From a virus: a stretch of DNA of 64,000 nt. Each line of letters starts with the position of its first letter. Position 1 is the stretch's first letter. The notes beneath the pieces are model-generated. The model was not told where the DNA came from. It saw nothing but the letters and a program-made list of their open reading frames with translations, and did not search any database. The DNA lies in the IMG/VR virus record IMGVR_UViG_3300037264_001603, positions 1-64,000 of that record; one strand, 5' to 3'. Below, piece after piece: positions 27,273 to 37,415 of this stretch. Made by a program: the position numbers and the translations under genes.

Positions 27273-28089
27273 TGAGATCGATTTGGTACTTTCGTCTTCC
27301 GGAGTACGCGTTCCTTGTTTTATTGGAGGGTTAACTGCCCTCGAAGAACGAGGATACAAGATTCACAGAATTGCCGGCAGTTCCGGAGGGGCCATAATCG
27401 CTGCAGCATACGCACTCGGCATGACCACTGCTGAGATGAGGGAACTTTCACTCGAAATTCCCTATCAAAGCTTCCGGGACTTCAAACTTCGAAACCTCCT
27501 GAGCCTGAGCAACCCTAGTGTTTATACAGGGCAGGAACTAGACGCCTACTATCAACAAATTTTCGGCGATGCTCTAATGCGGGACATGAAACTCGACTGC
27601 CGAATTTCAGTCGTTACAATCATCGGCCGCAAACGCATCCTTATCGATCGAGAGTCTCACCCAGACCTTCCCGTTTGGAAGGCAGTGAGAATGTCCTCGA
27701 CTATCCCCTTCATTTTCCCTTGGTGCGATTTGGACGGGCAGCCCGTCACTGATGGTGGCCTCGTCACCGGCATAAACGATATCTTTCCTAATAACCCGCG
27801 ACCAGTAATCTGTTTGCGGCCCAGAGCAGATCACGTCCTGAAAAAGGCTATCCAGGATGTCAAGGCCTCCAAGTTGTTCATTTGGAATTACCTCAAGATC
27901 ATTGCCGAGTACTTCTTGGATGCGGTAGATAATCAACACGTACCAGAGGTTGAATGGAACCGCACCATTGTCATTCCGACCTTCGACATTGGTGGTTTCA
28001 ACTTTGACATTACCCCGGAAGAGGTAAAGCAACTCATCCAGTACGGGTACAATGCCGTCATGACATCAGAGCTGTCCTTGTCTAAATAG
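27244..28089 (+). CDS. patatin-like phospholipase
   Basis: LSSSGVR, GSSGG nucleophile elbow, DGG. Confidence 0.87.
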   Translation: MSRWSKPKNNEIDLVLSSSGVRVPCFIGGLTALEERGYKIHRIAGSSGGAIIAAAYALGMTTAEMRELSLEIPYQSFRDFKLRNLLSLSNPSVYTGQELDAYYQQIFGDALMRDMKLDCRISVVTIIGRKRILIDRESHPDLPVWKAVRMSSTIPFIFPWCDLDGQPVTDGGLVTGINDIFPNNPRPVICLRPRADHVLKKAIQDVKASKLFIWNYLKIIAEYFLDAVDNQHVPEVEWNRTIVIPTFDIGGFNFDITPEEVKQLIQYGYNAVMTSELSLSK

Positions 28090-28124
28090 GGTGACTCCTC
28101 GCTAGGAGTGTACCCTCTTATCAT

Positions 28125-28412
28125 TTGGAGAAAATTATGCCCGTAGTCATTACTGATTTCACCAATCGTGTTTGGGCGGTAGAACAGCCCAACGATGGAT
28201 CTCTACATGTTGGCTTCACTGGTAAACCAGGCCCCCGGCTAACGGACGTCCTGGATTTCATTGAAACCCGCAGCAAGCAGTTTGAGAAGTTCGTTCAGAA
28301 ACGCAAGATAGAGGAGTTCAAGGATGCCCAAAAGAGACGAGGTGCGGTACTTAGCCCAGCAGCTGGGAACGTACAGCATGCGCGTGGAAGGGACACCAGC
28401 ACTCCTTCGTAA
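28125..28412 (+). CDS. hypothetical protein
   Basis: ORF with GGAG SD. Confidence 0.55.
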   Translation: MEKIMPVVITDFTNRVWAVEQPNDGSLHVGFTGKPGPRLTDVLDFIETRSKQFEKFVQKRKIEEFKDAQKRRGAVLSPAAGNVQHARGRDTSTPS

Positions 28413-28590
28413 GGAGTTGGTACTTCCAGAAGAGATAGCCGTCGGGGACAGAGTGAAACTATTCTCTCTCCCTGATGGAAAGCAATTTGTTTCCAAGGTA
28501 GACATCGACAGCTCCGAGGGTTTGGTTATTCGGAGAATCACTGCCGCACATATCTACTTTGATGGAGAAATCTCAATACAGGAGGCCTAA
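28324..28590 (+). CDS. hypothetical protein
   Basis: GAGGAG SD; overlaps the previous ORF. Confidence 0.5.
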   Translation: MPKRDEVRYLAQQLGTYSMRVEGTPALLRKELVLPEEIAVGDRVKLFSLPDGKQFVSKVDIDSSEGLVIRRITAAHIYFDGEISIQEA

Positions 28591-28592
28591 CC

Positions 28593-29027
28593 ATGTTCGG
28601 TAAAATCAAGAATTTCTTCAAGAAGGCCTGGGAGTGGGCAGAGGCCCTTTGGGAAAAGCACGACGAGATGATGGAAGATATGGTTACCGCCGTTCTTCCT
28701 ATGGTTATCGACGTGGCATTCCGAACGGATCTCAACGGAGATCAGAAGAAGAAGGCTATTGTGGATGCCATCATCGACAATGCTCACCTTTCTGCGGCTA
28801 ATGTCTCTCACTCCCTTCTCAATGAGGCGGTCGAGGTTGCCGCGGCCAAGTACAACATTCAGATTGGCAAGTTGACCCTTGACAAGATGGAGGCGTCTCG
28901 TCAAGCTGCCCTTCAAGCTGCTCGGGACTTTGCTAACAAGAAGCTCCAGATTAGCGGAAAAGAAGCAGAGGCCGCGGGCGTAAACGCAGCGGTTGTTCTA
29001 ACCAATGCAGATGTGGATTCGAACTAA
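28593..29027 (+). CDS. amphipathic helical protein (LL-H holin-like pattern)
   Basis: GDQKKKAI...LNEAVEVA; AGGAGG SD. Confidence 0.55.
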   Translation: MFGKIKNFFKKAWEWAEALWEKHDEMMEDMVTAVLPMVIDVAFRTDLNGDQKKKAIVDAIIDNAHLSAANVSHSLLNEAVEVAAAKYNIQIGKLTLDKMEASRQAALQAARDFANKKLQISGKEAEAAGVNAAVVLTNADVDSN

Positions 29028-29739
29028 AGCCTTTTTCAAAGAGCTTTGGAGGAGGTTGCTTTTGATTGATTGGGTTTCGGCCGCTTTAGCTATTCTCAAG
29101 GCTGCCAAAAGGGAAGATCTCCGGGTCGAAGACAAGTACATTGTCATTCGACCGCGGCTTCTCAGCGATGAGAACTACTTGAGAGGTGTCTCCGTCCTGC
29201 GTGGAGTACTAACTCTCATCCCTCCGGCAGCCATTGCCGCCCCAATCCTTGGTTTAGGAGCCGTTGGCTTCAACATCTGGAAGCGTATAGCCCTCAGTGC
29301 CGAGTATGATCGTTTAGAGTATCCGCCAATTGACCCCAACATGCTACGACTATCCATCGAAATGGACACAGAACTAAAGAAGCATTACGGGCATTGGATA
29401 CTTGAACACAACTGGGACACAGGTGCTATCGCAGATCTGGAGAAGGTCTACAATGACTTCCAGTTCATGACGGACGGGAAGATGCTCCAAGCCAAGTATC
29501 CTCATGTATCCGACGACTACATTATGGGCAGAGTGATGCTCAACAAGCACAACCTGCAGAAGAATTTGGAACAGATCGAACAAGGGCTATTGAAGGTTTC
29601 CCAGAAACCAGAAATCAGCCACAACATCAGGGAGGCCTTTGAAACGATCAAAGAGCTGTTCCCGGTGATGAACGACTGGTCCCTATTCAACTCGGAAGGG
29701 TTTGACGATATAGTCGAGGTATTGGATACCATTTTCTAA
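29005..29739 (+). CDS. membrane-associated hypothetical protein
   Basis: Hydrophobic hairpin. Confidence 0.65.
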   Translation: MQMWIRTKAFFKELWRRLLLIDWVSAALAILKAAKREDLRVEDKYIVIRPRLLSDENYLRGVSVLRGVLTLIPPAAIAAPILGLGAVGFNIWKRIALSAEYDRLEYPPIDPNMLRLSIEMDTELKKHYGHWILEHNWDTGAIADLEKVYNDFQFMTDGKMLQAKYPHVSDDYIMGRVMLNKHNLQKNLEQIEQGLLKVSQKPEISHNIREAFETIKELFPVMNDWSLFNSEGFDDIVEVLDTIF

Positions 29740-29750
29740 AAAGGATCATT

Positions 29751-30380
29751 ATGCGCATTTCAAGATGGTTTCTGTCTTTAGGATTACTTCTGGTAGTGGC
29801 TTGTCAGACCGTAGCCCCCACCCCTTTTCTGATTGGGAGAATGACCGACCTCAACGATGAGGTAGTCCAACTCTACGTCAATTGTTCAGAGGGTGCCAAC
29901 TACGTCCCTGCCAAGGAGGGTTGTGATTCCCCACTGTTGAGTACCAAGGTAGATGAGTTGATGACTCTCTCCGTGGATTTCATCAGTGCGGACATCAAGC
30001 AGCCCCAAGGGTACGACATTTATCTGGCCACTGCCATGATCTTCTTCCGCATTGGTGAACGGAACCTAAACGAATACACCAAGGCGGAGCAAATCGCACG
30101 CCAGTTTTTTGAGGTACAGAAGGCCCACTCAAGCCGTTCAATAGACGAAGCACGTTTTTACTGGGCCTGGTATGCAGCAGCAACTGCAGCCAAGCAGTAT
30201 TTTGACGATCCTTTGTCTTTGACCGAGGCACGAAAGGCAGATCTTCTTTTAGCCCTGGGGGAAGGAACCAGCATTTTACCTTCAGTGACGGGCCCAAGAT
30301 TGGTCCGACTACATTCTGCCCTAGATACTCTCCGATTTGTCATTGCCTTCATTGACGCCCTGACGACACAACCACAATAG
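29751..30380 (+). CDS. lipoprotein
   Basis: Signal peptide with lipobox VVAC. Confidence 0.7.
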   Translation: MRISRWFLSLGLLLVVACQTVAPTPFLIGRMTDLNDEVVQLYVNCSEGANYVPAKEGCDSPLLSTKVDELMTLSVDFISADIKQPQGYDIYLATAMIFFRIGERNLNEYTKAEQIARQFFEVQKAHSSRSIDEARFYWAWYAAATAAKQYFDDPLSLTEARKADLLLALGEGTSILPSVTGPRLVRLHSALDTLRFVIAFIDALTTQPQ

Positions 30381-30565
30381 CGCAACGTATTTCTGCGCCG
30401 AGGAGGCGCGATGATACGTATCACCGACCATGTCGTAATGGATTGGGGGGTGGTAATTTGGGAACAAGGTGGGGAAACGTTTGAACAGATCGAGGCCTTT
30501 TTATTCAGTGGCTTAATCATGCGACTAGACCCAGCGGATTTCTTTAGCATAACGGATGACGAAGC

Positions 30566-30787
30566 ATGGTAATAAACCGACCAATCAAAATGATACAGAA
30601 CTTCGCCAAGACCGACTGTGTTCACTACGACGTAAGGGACGTGCCTAGCTGTTGTGGGCGCACCCATAAGGCCGGTGCTTGCTACATCAATTGGAAAGGC
30701 AACACTGGCGCGAAAACTTGTAGCACCCATATGAAGTGGTGCAAATACGAACAGGATCCTGCAAAGGGACCGGCGAAGGAGCAATAA
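30566..30787 (+). CDS. Cys/His-rich small protein
   Basis: Six Cys, three His. Confidence 0.55.
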   Translation: MVINRPIKMIQNFAKTDCVHYDVRDVPSCCGRTHKAGACYINWKGNTGAKTCSTHMKWCKYEQDPAKGPAKEQ

Positions 30788-30872
30788 CCATGTTCATCCT
30801 ACGTAACTATCAGGTTTTGACCGGTGGCACTGCCACGGTACGCAAGGTTGGAACTGCGCCTGGAACTAACTA

Positions 30873-31247
30873 ATGGCGCAACTCTCCATTCGATGCCCGA
30901 GTTCGACCGCGGGAGGTTCAACCTCACTCACTACGGGTGTTGATGTTCAGCGGTTAGTCTTGGTCAGGACTGGGAGTCAGGTCCCGGAAAACACCGTGAT
31001 CGACATTACCAATCCCGGTTCTGGCTGGGTAACTTTTGGAGACTCTATTACTCTTTCAGGATCGGCGGAATTAACGGAGCTTACCCAGGTTTACCGGAAC
31101 GGAGTCATTCAATTGACCGCCGCATCCGCAAGCGATAACAACGATGTATACTTTGTCGCAGCGAGCGGAAGTATTGCATTCGAGTACAAGCTACACACCA
31201 ACGACGTCGTTCAAGTATGGAAATTCAACCCCACCGCAAGTGGGTAG
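30873..31247 (+). CDS. single beta-domain virion protein
   Basis: Homologous to the C-terminus of 31306..32046. Confidence 0.7.
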   Translation: MAQLSIRCPSSTAGGSTSLTTGVDVQRLVLVRTGSQVPENTVIDITNPGSGWVTFGDSITLSGSAELTELTQVYRNGVIQLTAASASDNNDVYFVAASGSIAFEYKLHTNDVVQVWKFNPTASG

Positions 31248-31305
31248 TATTCGGCTTTACCCTTTTTTACCGTAAGCAAATCCCAAAAAAGGAGGTTAAG
31301 CCCTA

Positions 31306-32046
31306 ATGAGTCCACGAACACTAACGCTTCAAAACCAGATTCGTTCGACTACTTCGGGTATTGAATACGATGATACTCTGTCACTTCCATTGGCAGAAAC
31401 TCTCGTAAATCTGGCGTTCATTACCGACACCAGCCAAGTAACCGGAACTCTGGTTATGGACTTGAACTTCCTTCGAACTGCCGTTCGAGATATCAAGGGA
31501 GAGACTGCCTTCTACAACTGGTATGATGAGTCCAGCACGCTAACTACGTCTGGATTGATGTCTCTATCCGAAGCACGTCGCGAGATCAACAACCTACAGG
31601 ATTTCGTTGGTTCCAATGGCGATGGCGACGCTACCCCGGATTACACCAGCACTTGTTTCATTGCGCAGAACGACCCCCTTGAAACTGCAATTAGTACCTT
31701 GGATGCCCAGCTTTGTATTGCAACTGGCACCATTTCACAGTCGAACGAAATTCAGAAGAGAGTTCTTATTCGCACAGGCGGACAGATTCTTGAGAACACT
31801 TCGATCAACATCAGCACCCCCGGTGCTGGCTGGACCGTATACGGTGATGACGTTCAGATCACCACTTCCGGTACCTTTGTGGAGTCCACCTCGGTGTACA
31901 CCAACGGTGTTCTACAGCTTACTGCCCCTGATGGCGCGGCAAACAATGACGTTTACTGGGTCTCTACTCCGTACACGATTGCTTTCGAGTACAAGATTAG
32001 AACCAATGACGTTATTCAGATTTACAAGTTCCCGTCTATTCCGTAA
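31306..32046 (+). CDS. virion fiber/appendage protein
   Basis: AGGAGG SD; coiled segment plus shared beta domain (NGVxQL...NNDVY...IAFEYK). Confidence 0.7.
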   Translation: MSPRTLTLQNQIRSTTSGIEYDDTLSLPLAETLVNLAFITDTSQVTGTLVMDLNFLRTAVRDIKGETAFYNWYDESSTLTTSGLMSLSEARREINNLQDFVGSNGDGDATPDYTSTCFIAQNDPLETAISTLDAQLCIATGTISQSNEIQKRVLIRTGGQILENTSINISTPGAGWTVYGDDVQITTSGTFVESTSVYTNGVLQLTAPDGAANNDVYWVSTPYTIAFEYKIRTNDVIQIYKFPSIP

Positions 32047-32102
32047 ATCTTTGTAAGGCGAAGGGTACATCCCTTCGTCTTACCCAGTAAAGGAGGAAAC
32101 CC

Positions 32103-32531
32103 GTGGCAGAGGAGAATGAGGAGCTACGTGGCCGAGCTAAAGCCGATCTACGCAATGAACAGATACGAGTTCTGATTGGTAAATGGGAGAAGAGGCGAGA
32201 CGAGCTTTTGGACGAAGTGTCTTTCCGTAAAGGACAGTTAGAGCTTCTAGAGGAACTGATCAGGCAATCCTACGAAAAAATCTTGGATGTAAACAAAGAA
32301 GAAAAGGCCAAGGAAGAGAAGCGGATTCAGGAAAGGTTAGACGAACTGAAGAAGCAGGCTGAGGTAGAAGAAGAGTCCAGGAGAAGTGCCGAGGCTTTGG
32401 CCCTACACGAACAGAAGCAGCGTGAGGTGGCGGAAGGAAAGAGACAGGGTAAGCCTCACCCCCTTGAGCGGGCCCGGGATCTTCAACTGAGAAAGGCCGC
32501 GGCCAGAAAGAAAAAAGACCAGGAGGAATAG
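32103..32531 (+). CDS. coiled-coil protein (possible fiber chaperone)
   Basis: E/K/R-rich heptads. Confidence 0.7.
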   Translation: MAEENEELRGRAKADLRNEQIRVLIGKWEKRRDELLDEVSFRKGQLELLEELIRQSYEKILDVNKEEKAKEEKRIQERLDELKKQAEVEEESRRSAEALALHEQKQREVAEGKRQGKPHPLERARDLQLRKAAARKKKDQEE

Positions 32532-32534
32532 CTC

Positions 32535-34073
32535 GTGGTACGAACGAGGATCCGAGAAGATCAAGAACAGGATGTCTCGTTTGTTAGTGAGGGTGAGCTA
32601 AACGAGTTCTTTACTTCGGTAGTTATCACTGGTACTGAGGATTCCACAAGTGTAATTCAGAACTTCAAGACCTTCTTCCCCGGACAGGGGTTGATTGTTG
32701 TCACGGACGGCCTTACAGTTACTACAGGGACTCAGCTCGTCACCATCTCTGGTTTCAAGAACGAGTTTGTTTCTGCTTCCGGTAGTCTCCAATCCCAGAT
32801 CCAGGTAGCAGGCGGTGTTACTTCTATTACCGCCAGCGGAATTACTGTTTCTGGGGCTCTAACTTTCGCAGGGCTATCCGGAATAACCCTCATCCCGGAC
32901 TTCAACACCAACACCATCACCTTTTCAGGTTCTGGCGTTACCAGCATTGTAACTGTATCAGGAATTGAAGGCGACATCACCATCCTCGGGGCTGGCGAAG
33001 TAGATGTTATCACCGAAGGCAATACCATTGTCATTTCTGGTACACCACATACCCCAGTTCCCAATGCCATCATAGGTGCTGGGCAAGTTGTTGTCACCTC
33101 GGGTTCAAACATCACAACCATTTCCGGCCAGCCGTCAGTGGGAAATGCCCTTATCGGTGGCGCAAATGTAACTATCGTCTCCGGAACTAGTACTACAACC
33201 ATCTCGTCCGTAAATGATGTATCAGATGCGCTGGTGGGTATCCGGGGCATCGTCGTCAATTCAGGCACTGATACTACCACCCTAGACTTCGTTCCTACGG
33301 CCCTAGTTGGGGTGCAAGGCGTTACAGTTACTTCGGGAAGCAACACGATCACGATTGGTCATGTTCCCAAAGCTTTGGTTAGCGACAATTTTGCGTCAGT
33401 GATTTCCGGAACCAATGTTGATACCATCGTTCACAAAGCTATCATTAGTGGGCAAGGGTCAATTGTTGTAACGGGAACGAATGCCGTAACCATCAACACC
33501 TTTGATGAAACAGATGTGGACTCTATCACCACCAGCGGTGTTACTTTCACAGGAAGCGTCAATCTCAATAGCGATGGCGGTATCCGATTAGTCCCCGGGG
33601 GTGGTAATACCATTACCGTATCCGGTGGTAGTACTGTAGGTCAGCTCGTAGGGAACTTCTTCCAGGTAGAGTTTACTGCCGGTGGAAATGTGGCCAACAC
33701 GTGGTTAGCGGTTAGCGACGCAGCCTTACCTAGCAATATCACTCCCTGGGTAGTATCGTTTCCTTGTCGGCTGGCAGGAATCTTCTTCTCTAACGCAAAC
33801 GCCAATGTGGATCAGGATGTGGAGATTTACGCAGCCAACGCGGGGGCCGGCAATGCTGAAACCTTGCGATACACGTGGCAAGTACGCAATGCCCGGGTTT
33901 CGTATGATACGAACATCTCTGCCGGGGCGTTGATTCTAAATCCTGGTGATAAGGTAGGAGTATTTGTACGAGACCAGGGCGACAATGCCAAAGACGTGTG
34001 TGTGGGATTGTATGTAGAAATCACACAGAGAACCCTCGCAGCCGCTACCGAAAACTACGCAGGTAACTTCTAA
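32535..34073 (+). CDS. tail-fiber-like protein with ~23-aa beta repeats
   Basis: Repeats of A[LI][IV]G-x3-V-x-V-x-SG-x3-T-I. Confidence 0.75.
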   Translation: MVRTRIREDQEQDVSFVSEGELNEFFTSVVITGTEDSTSVIQNFKTFFPGQGLIVVTDGLTVTTGTQLVTISGFKNEFVSASGSLQSQIQVAGGVTSITASGITVSGALTFAGLSGITLIPDFNTNTITFSGSGVTSIVTVSGIEGDITILGAGEVDVITEGNTIVISGTPHTPVPNAIIGAGQVVVTSGSNITTISGQPSVGNALIGGANVTIVSGTSTTTISSVNDVSDALVGIRGIVVNSGTDTTTLDFVPTALVGVQGVTVTSGSNTITIGHVPKALVSDNFASVISGTNVDTIVHKAIISGQGSIVVTGTNAVTINTFDETDVDSITTSGVTFTGSVNLNSDGGIRLVPGGGNTITVSGGSTVGQLVGNFFQVEFTAGGNVANTWLAVSDAALPSNITPWVVSFPCRLAGIFFSNANANVDQDVEIYAANAGAGNAETLRYTWQVRNARVSYDTNISAGALILNPGDKVGVFVRDQGDNAKDVCVGLYVEITQRTLAAATENYAGNF

Positions 34074-34990
34074 TGTCAGATTATCGACGCATAACAGAGC
34101 TGGTTAATACTGGCCCCGCGAACCTATTCTTTGATCAGGTTATTGGATCAGGTGAAGTCTGGGAAATTGGGGATAGAAAGATAGCCGGTTGGCGGGAAGA
34201 TCTTACTGTTTCCGGAGCATTGACTAGCGGCACTCTGAGAGTTAGAGATGGTACGCAAACCTTTGGTATCGCTAATGGTCTCCTGTACTTTTACGACCAA
34301 CACCCCCAAAGGCATACTACCATCACCATTCCAGGACAAGTATTGGTAACCCTGTCTTCTGGAGTAGATGCGCTCGGCGGCGTAAATTACACAATAGGTT
34401 CCCGCGCCATGCTGGGGGATTCTTTCGTAAGTGTGGTCTCCGGTACCAACAGTATTCAGTGGTCAGCCAAGTCGATCATAGGTTCAGGCGCGGTTACCGT
34501 CACTTCAGGAACTGGAACAGTCTCTGTAGATGTGACTGGATCAACCCAAGCCGCCACGGCGCAGCGAGGTTTTACCAAAGAGAGCGAAGGTGTAAGTACT
34601 ACAACTAGTACTACCTTACAAGAAAAGTTATCCATGTCCGCCAACGTGGCCTTGGTGGCGACCGGCACCGAGCCCGAGGCGTATCGATTACTTTGGTACT
34701 ACGAGTACGGATACTCGTCTTCCAGTAATGAGTTTGAGGGCCGATTGCAGGTGGACAACAAAGACGATCTTCACTATGTGGTAGATAGACCTATCGCTAC
34801 TGCCACGGGCACCTACTCTGCGGCCTCGGGATTTGCGGACATGTTGCTTACTTCTGGAACCCACACCTTTGACATTGACTATCGCTCCTCTGCTGCAGGA
34901 AAGACGGCACGTATTCGGAGCGCACGATTGAGTCTTGTTCAGCTAACCCTGGGGCCGACCTCGTCGACCCCTCCCCTGAAAGGCACATAG
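34073..34990 (+). CDS. fiber-associated virion protein
   Basis: Shares repeat units with 32535..34073. Confidence 0.65.
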   Translation: MSDYRRITELVNTGPANLFFDQVIGSGEVWEIGDRKIAGWREDLTVSGALTSGTLRVRDGTQTFGIANGLLYFYDQHPQRHTTITIPGQVLVTLSSGVDALGGVNYTIGSRAMLGDSFVSVVSGTNSIQWSAKSIIGSGAVTVTSGTGTVSVDVTGSTQAATAQRGFTKESEGVSTTTSTTLQEKLSMSANVALVATGTEPEAYRLLWYYEYGYSSSSNEFEGRLQVDNKDDLHYVVDRPIATATGTYSAASGFADMLLTSGTHTFDIDYRSSAAGKTARIRSARLSLVQLTLGPTSSTPPLKGT

Positions 34991-35000
34991 GAGGTATAGC

Positions 35001-36026
35001 GTGGCCGAGTTTCCGTATCTATTCAACAAAGAATCCGGCATCACTAATACCGCCCAGCTGTTTAGTGAGATTCAGGACAGTAGCATCACTATTGCTTTAG
35101 ACCGAATTGATGGTACTGATCACACCCTTACAGCTATCTTCAAAGCAGCCCTATCCGGCGGGGAGTTCACAACCCTTAGCGGACTAGTAGTTGCACACGT
35201 TGGTAACCCTAATTTTGATCCTCCGGTATTCGTAACCGCAGGCGTAGACCCTGTGTCGGGAAAGACCGTTCTTGATCCGGCCAGCCCTAGAACCCCAGAC
35301 GGAGAACTTCACGTAGTTGCCAGTAACTTTGGCCACATCACGGGAAACAAAGTCGTCAACTGGACTATGCAGTATACCCTCAATGCGGGAGCAACCATTT
35401 CAGAACGACTAGTGGTTCCTTCTGGTCAGACCTTGGCTCTTGAGTTCATGCAAGGACATGCCCCCACAACCCCATTCAACGTAGAGTTGAATTGGTTCGA
35501 TCATTCGCCCAACAATACCAACACGTTCTTTAGGCGCAATCCCGCTATCCGCATCAAAGAATTCAGTACTATGGTGGTCAGCGGTTCGCACACGCAGGGC
35601 GACAACACTATCCAGGTCAATACTGACAATGGGTTCCTTTTGGCCAACAATCCAGTTCCTCGGCAGTATGGGTTCATCAATCTGGTTACTGGTAAGAGGG
35701 CCTTCATCCGAGCCAACAGCTTGAATGCTGGTACTGGTGTCCTCACCCTGAATGTGGGCATTCCTTTCAATCTTCCCAACAACTCCCCCATTGCTTTGGT
35801 GGATCGACAGATTGCTCGTATAGGTGGCGCAGCGGGTACCTCATTGGTAGACTTTGAAATTCCGCCCAGCTTTGACGGGGACGGCTTCCGCTACATGGAA
35901 ATGAAGCTTCAAAACACCCACGCCAGCACAGCTGGTGTAGTTTTCGCCATGCTCAATGGGTGGATGACTTCTACTCTCAGCGGTACTATTCCTGGGGCCG
36001 GCGGAGGTGCCGAAGATGAGAACTAG
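35001..36026 (+). CDS. putative virion protein
   Basis: DPVSG...PxTxDG...V[VL]AS segment shared with the next gene. Confidence 0.6.
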   Translation: MAEFPYLFNKESGITNTAQLFSEIQDSSITIALDRIDGTDHTLTAIFKAALSGGEFTTLSGLVVAHVGNPNFDPPVFVTAGVDPVSGKTVLDPASPRTPDGELHVVASNFGHITGNKVVNWTMQYTLNAGATISERLVVPSGQTLALEFMQGHAPTTPFNVELNWFDHSPNNTNTFFRRNPAIRIKEFSTMVVSGSHTQGDNTIQVNTDNGFLLANNPVPRQYGFINLVTGKRAFIRANSLNAGTGVLTLNVGIPFNLPNNSPIALVDRQIARIGGAAGTSLVDFEIPPSFDGDGFRYMEMKLQNTHASTAGVVFAMLNGWMTSTLSGTIPGAGGGAEDEN

Positions 36027-37047
36027 TGATACCCTTCTCAAGGTCCGCGACTGGGCTTTCCTCAAAGCGTTGGCTACCATCAAGCCTCTCAAAATGGATT
36101 ACGAAGAGAATGAAGATGGATCGATTAGTGTTTTCGTCAAGCAGGGCAATTCGGAATTCTTTGTCAACTTGTTACCTCCTGGAGGCGAGCAAGTTATCGG
36201 AGGAAGCCTTACTAACGATGAAGACTACGCCGACTTCATAAACAACTACAAGCCGGGAATTGATGCTAATCCTCCGGCTAATGTAGCTCACGTACTGGAT
36301 CCTGTTACCGGATTGGCCGTTCCTTCCTGGAAGACCCCAGTTACCGGAGATGGTAAGGCCCGAGTTTTAGCCAGCCACAAGCCCATCATTCCAGGCAAAG
36401 AGTCCTACAACTTCTTTACCAGCCGCGGAGATTTGGGATTGGTACTGGGAAGTGGCACTGCGCTACGTATAGAGTCCGTGTCCGGAACCGAGTACAATTA
36501 CGTAGATGTTCATTTTAGTACCGACGTCAATCCTTCCGAAGCTATCTACATCTTTGGTGGTGGCATCTCTTGGGAAGATGCTGGTTGGGGAGACGAAATT
36601 AGCCTGGAACTACGCGCCACCCCCACTTCGGTGGTACCCGCAGTAGTGGCCTCTGGTCTTGGTCTTCCATGTGATTACAACTTGGTAGGAGATCGTATTC
36701 GCCACGCGGGTGTGGGGCAAGGCAGTCATGCCCTGGGCGGTTATCCAAAGTGGATTCCCAATTTCACCAAAACTGGGTACTGGGATTTAGACAAGGTAGC
36801 TATGAAGGCCATTCCCAGCGTTTCGGGTACAGGAACTTTTGATTGGCACACTACCGAGCAATTCGTGGGGTGCTATGTTCAAAACCTGTCGGTATACAAG
36901 AGCAACGCCCACCCGATCATCATTGATGCGACTGAATCGGCCCCGCTGCCTTATGGTGTCTATCTCCGTTTGATTGCCCATAACGTCAGTGATACCGATT
37001 GGAAGGTTTGGGCCTTCATGAAGATGTATCGAGAAAGGTTGAAATAA
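36016..37047 (+). CDS. putative virion protein
   Basis: GGAGG SD; beta-rich. Confidence 0.6.
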   Translation: MRTSDTLLKVRDWAFLKALATIKPLKMDYEENEDGSISVFVKQGNSEFFVNLLPPGGEQVIGGSLTNDEDYADFINNYKPGIDANPPANVAHVLDPVTGLAVPSWKTPVTGDGKARVLASHKPIIPGKESYNFFTSRGDLGLVLGSGTALRIESVSGTEYNYVDVHFSTDVNPSEAIYIFGGGISWEDAGWGDEISLELRATPTSVVPAVVASGLGLPCDYNLVGDRIRHAGVGQGSHALGGYPKWIPNFTKTGYWDLDKVAMKAIPSVSGTGTFDWHTTEQFVGCYVQNLSVYKSNAHPIIIDATESAPLPYGVYLRLIAHNVSDTDWKVWAFMKMYRERLK

Positions 37048-37415
37048 TGCCAACACAGATCAAACATAACGGCGGATTAGTGGATGCGGTGCTAGAACTA
37101 GGTTTTGACGCCGTCAAGTATTTCGAGATTTCGGCCACAGGGGTTGCGCAAATGTTGACCATCAGCCCCCCGGCCCGTAGATTGACTTTACGAAACGCGA
37201 GCACGTCTGTACCTGCCTACTTCAACATCACTGGGGATGACGCAGTAGCAGCAGCCAGCTCTACTCCGGGCGACAACATAAAGCTCGGGCCAGAATGCAC
37301 TTTTGAAATGGACTTTGACACTTTGAAAAATATCTCCTTCATTACCGGCGGTGGCACAGCGCTGATTGAGGGTTGGTTGGGTTGGAAAGGTTCCGTCTGT
37401 TATCCACAAACCTAG
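37047..37415 (+). CDS. small beta-sandwich protein
   Basis: Coupled start TAATG. Confidence 0.6.
   Translation: MPTQIKHNGGLVDAVLELGFDAVKYFEISATGVAQMLTISPPARRLTLRNASTSVPAYFNITGDDAVAAASSTPGDNIKLGPECTFEMDFDTLKNISFITGGGTALIEGWLGWKGSVCYPQT

Noticed and set aside
27244-28089. Patatin as a CBASS effector
   Set aside because: No CD-NTase or other CBASS gene nearby.
37400-37408. Perfect DnaA box TTATCCACA
   Set aside because: Single copy inside a coding end; no cluster or AT-rich unwinding element.
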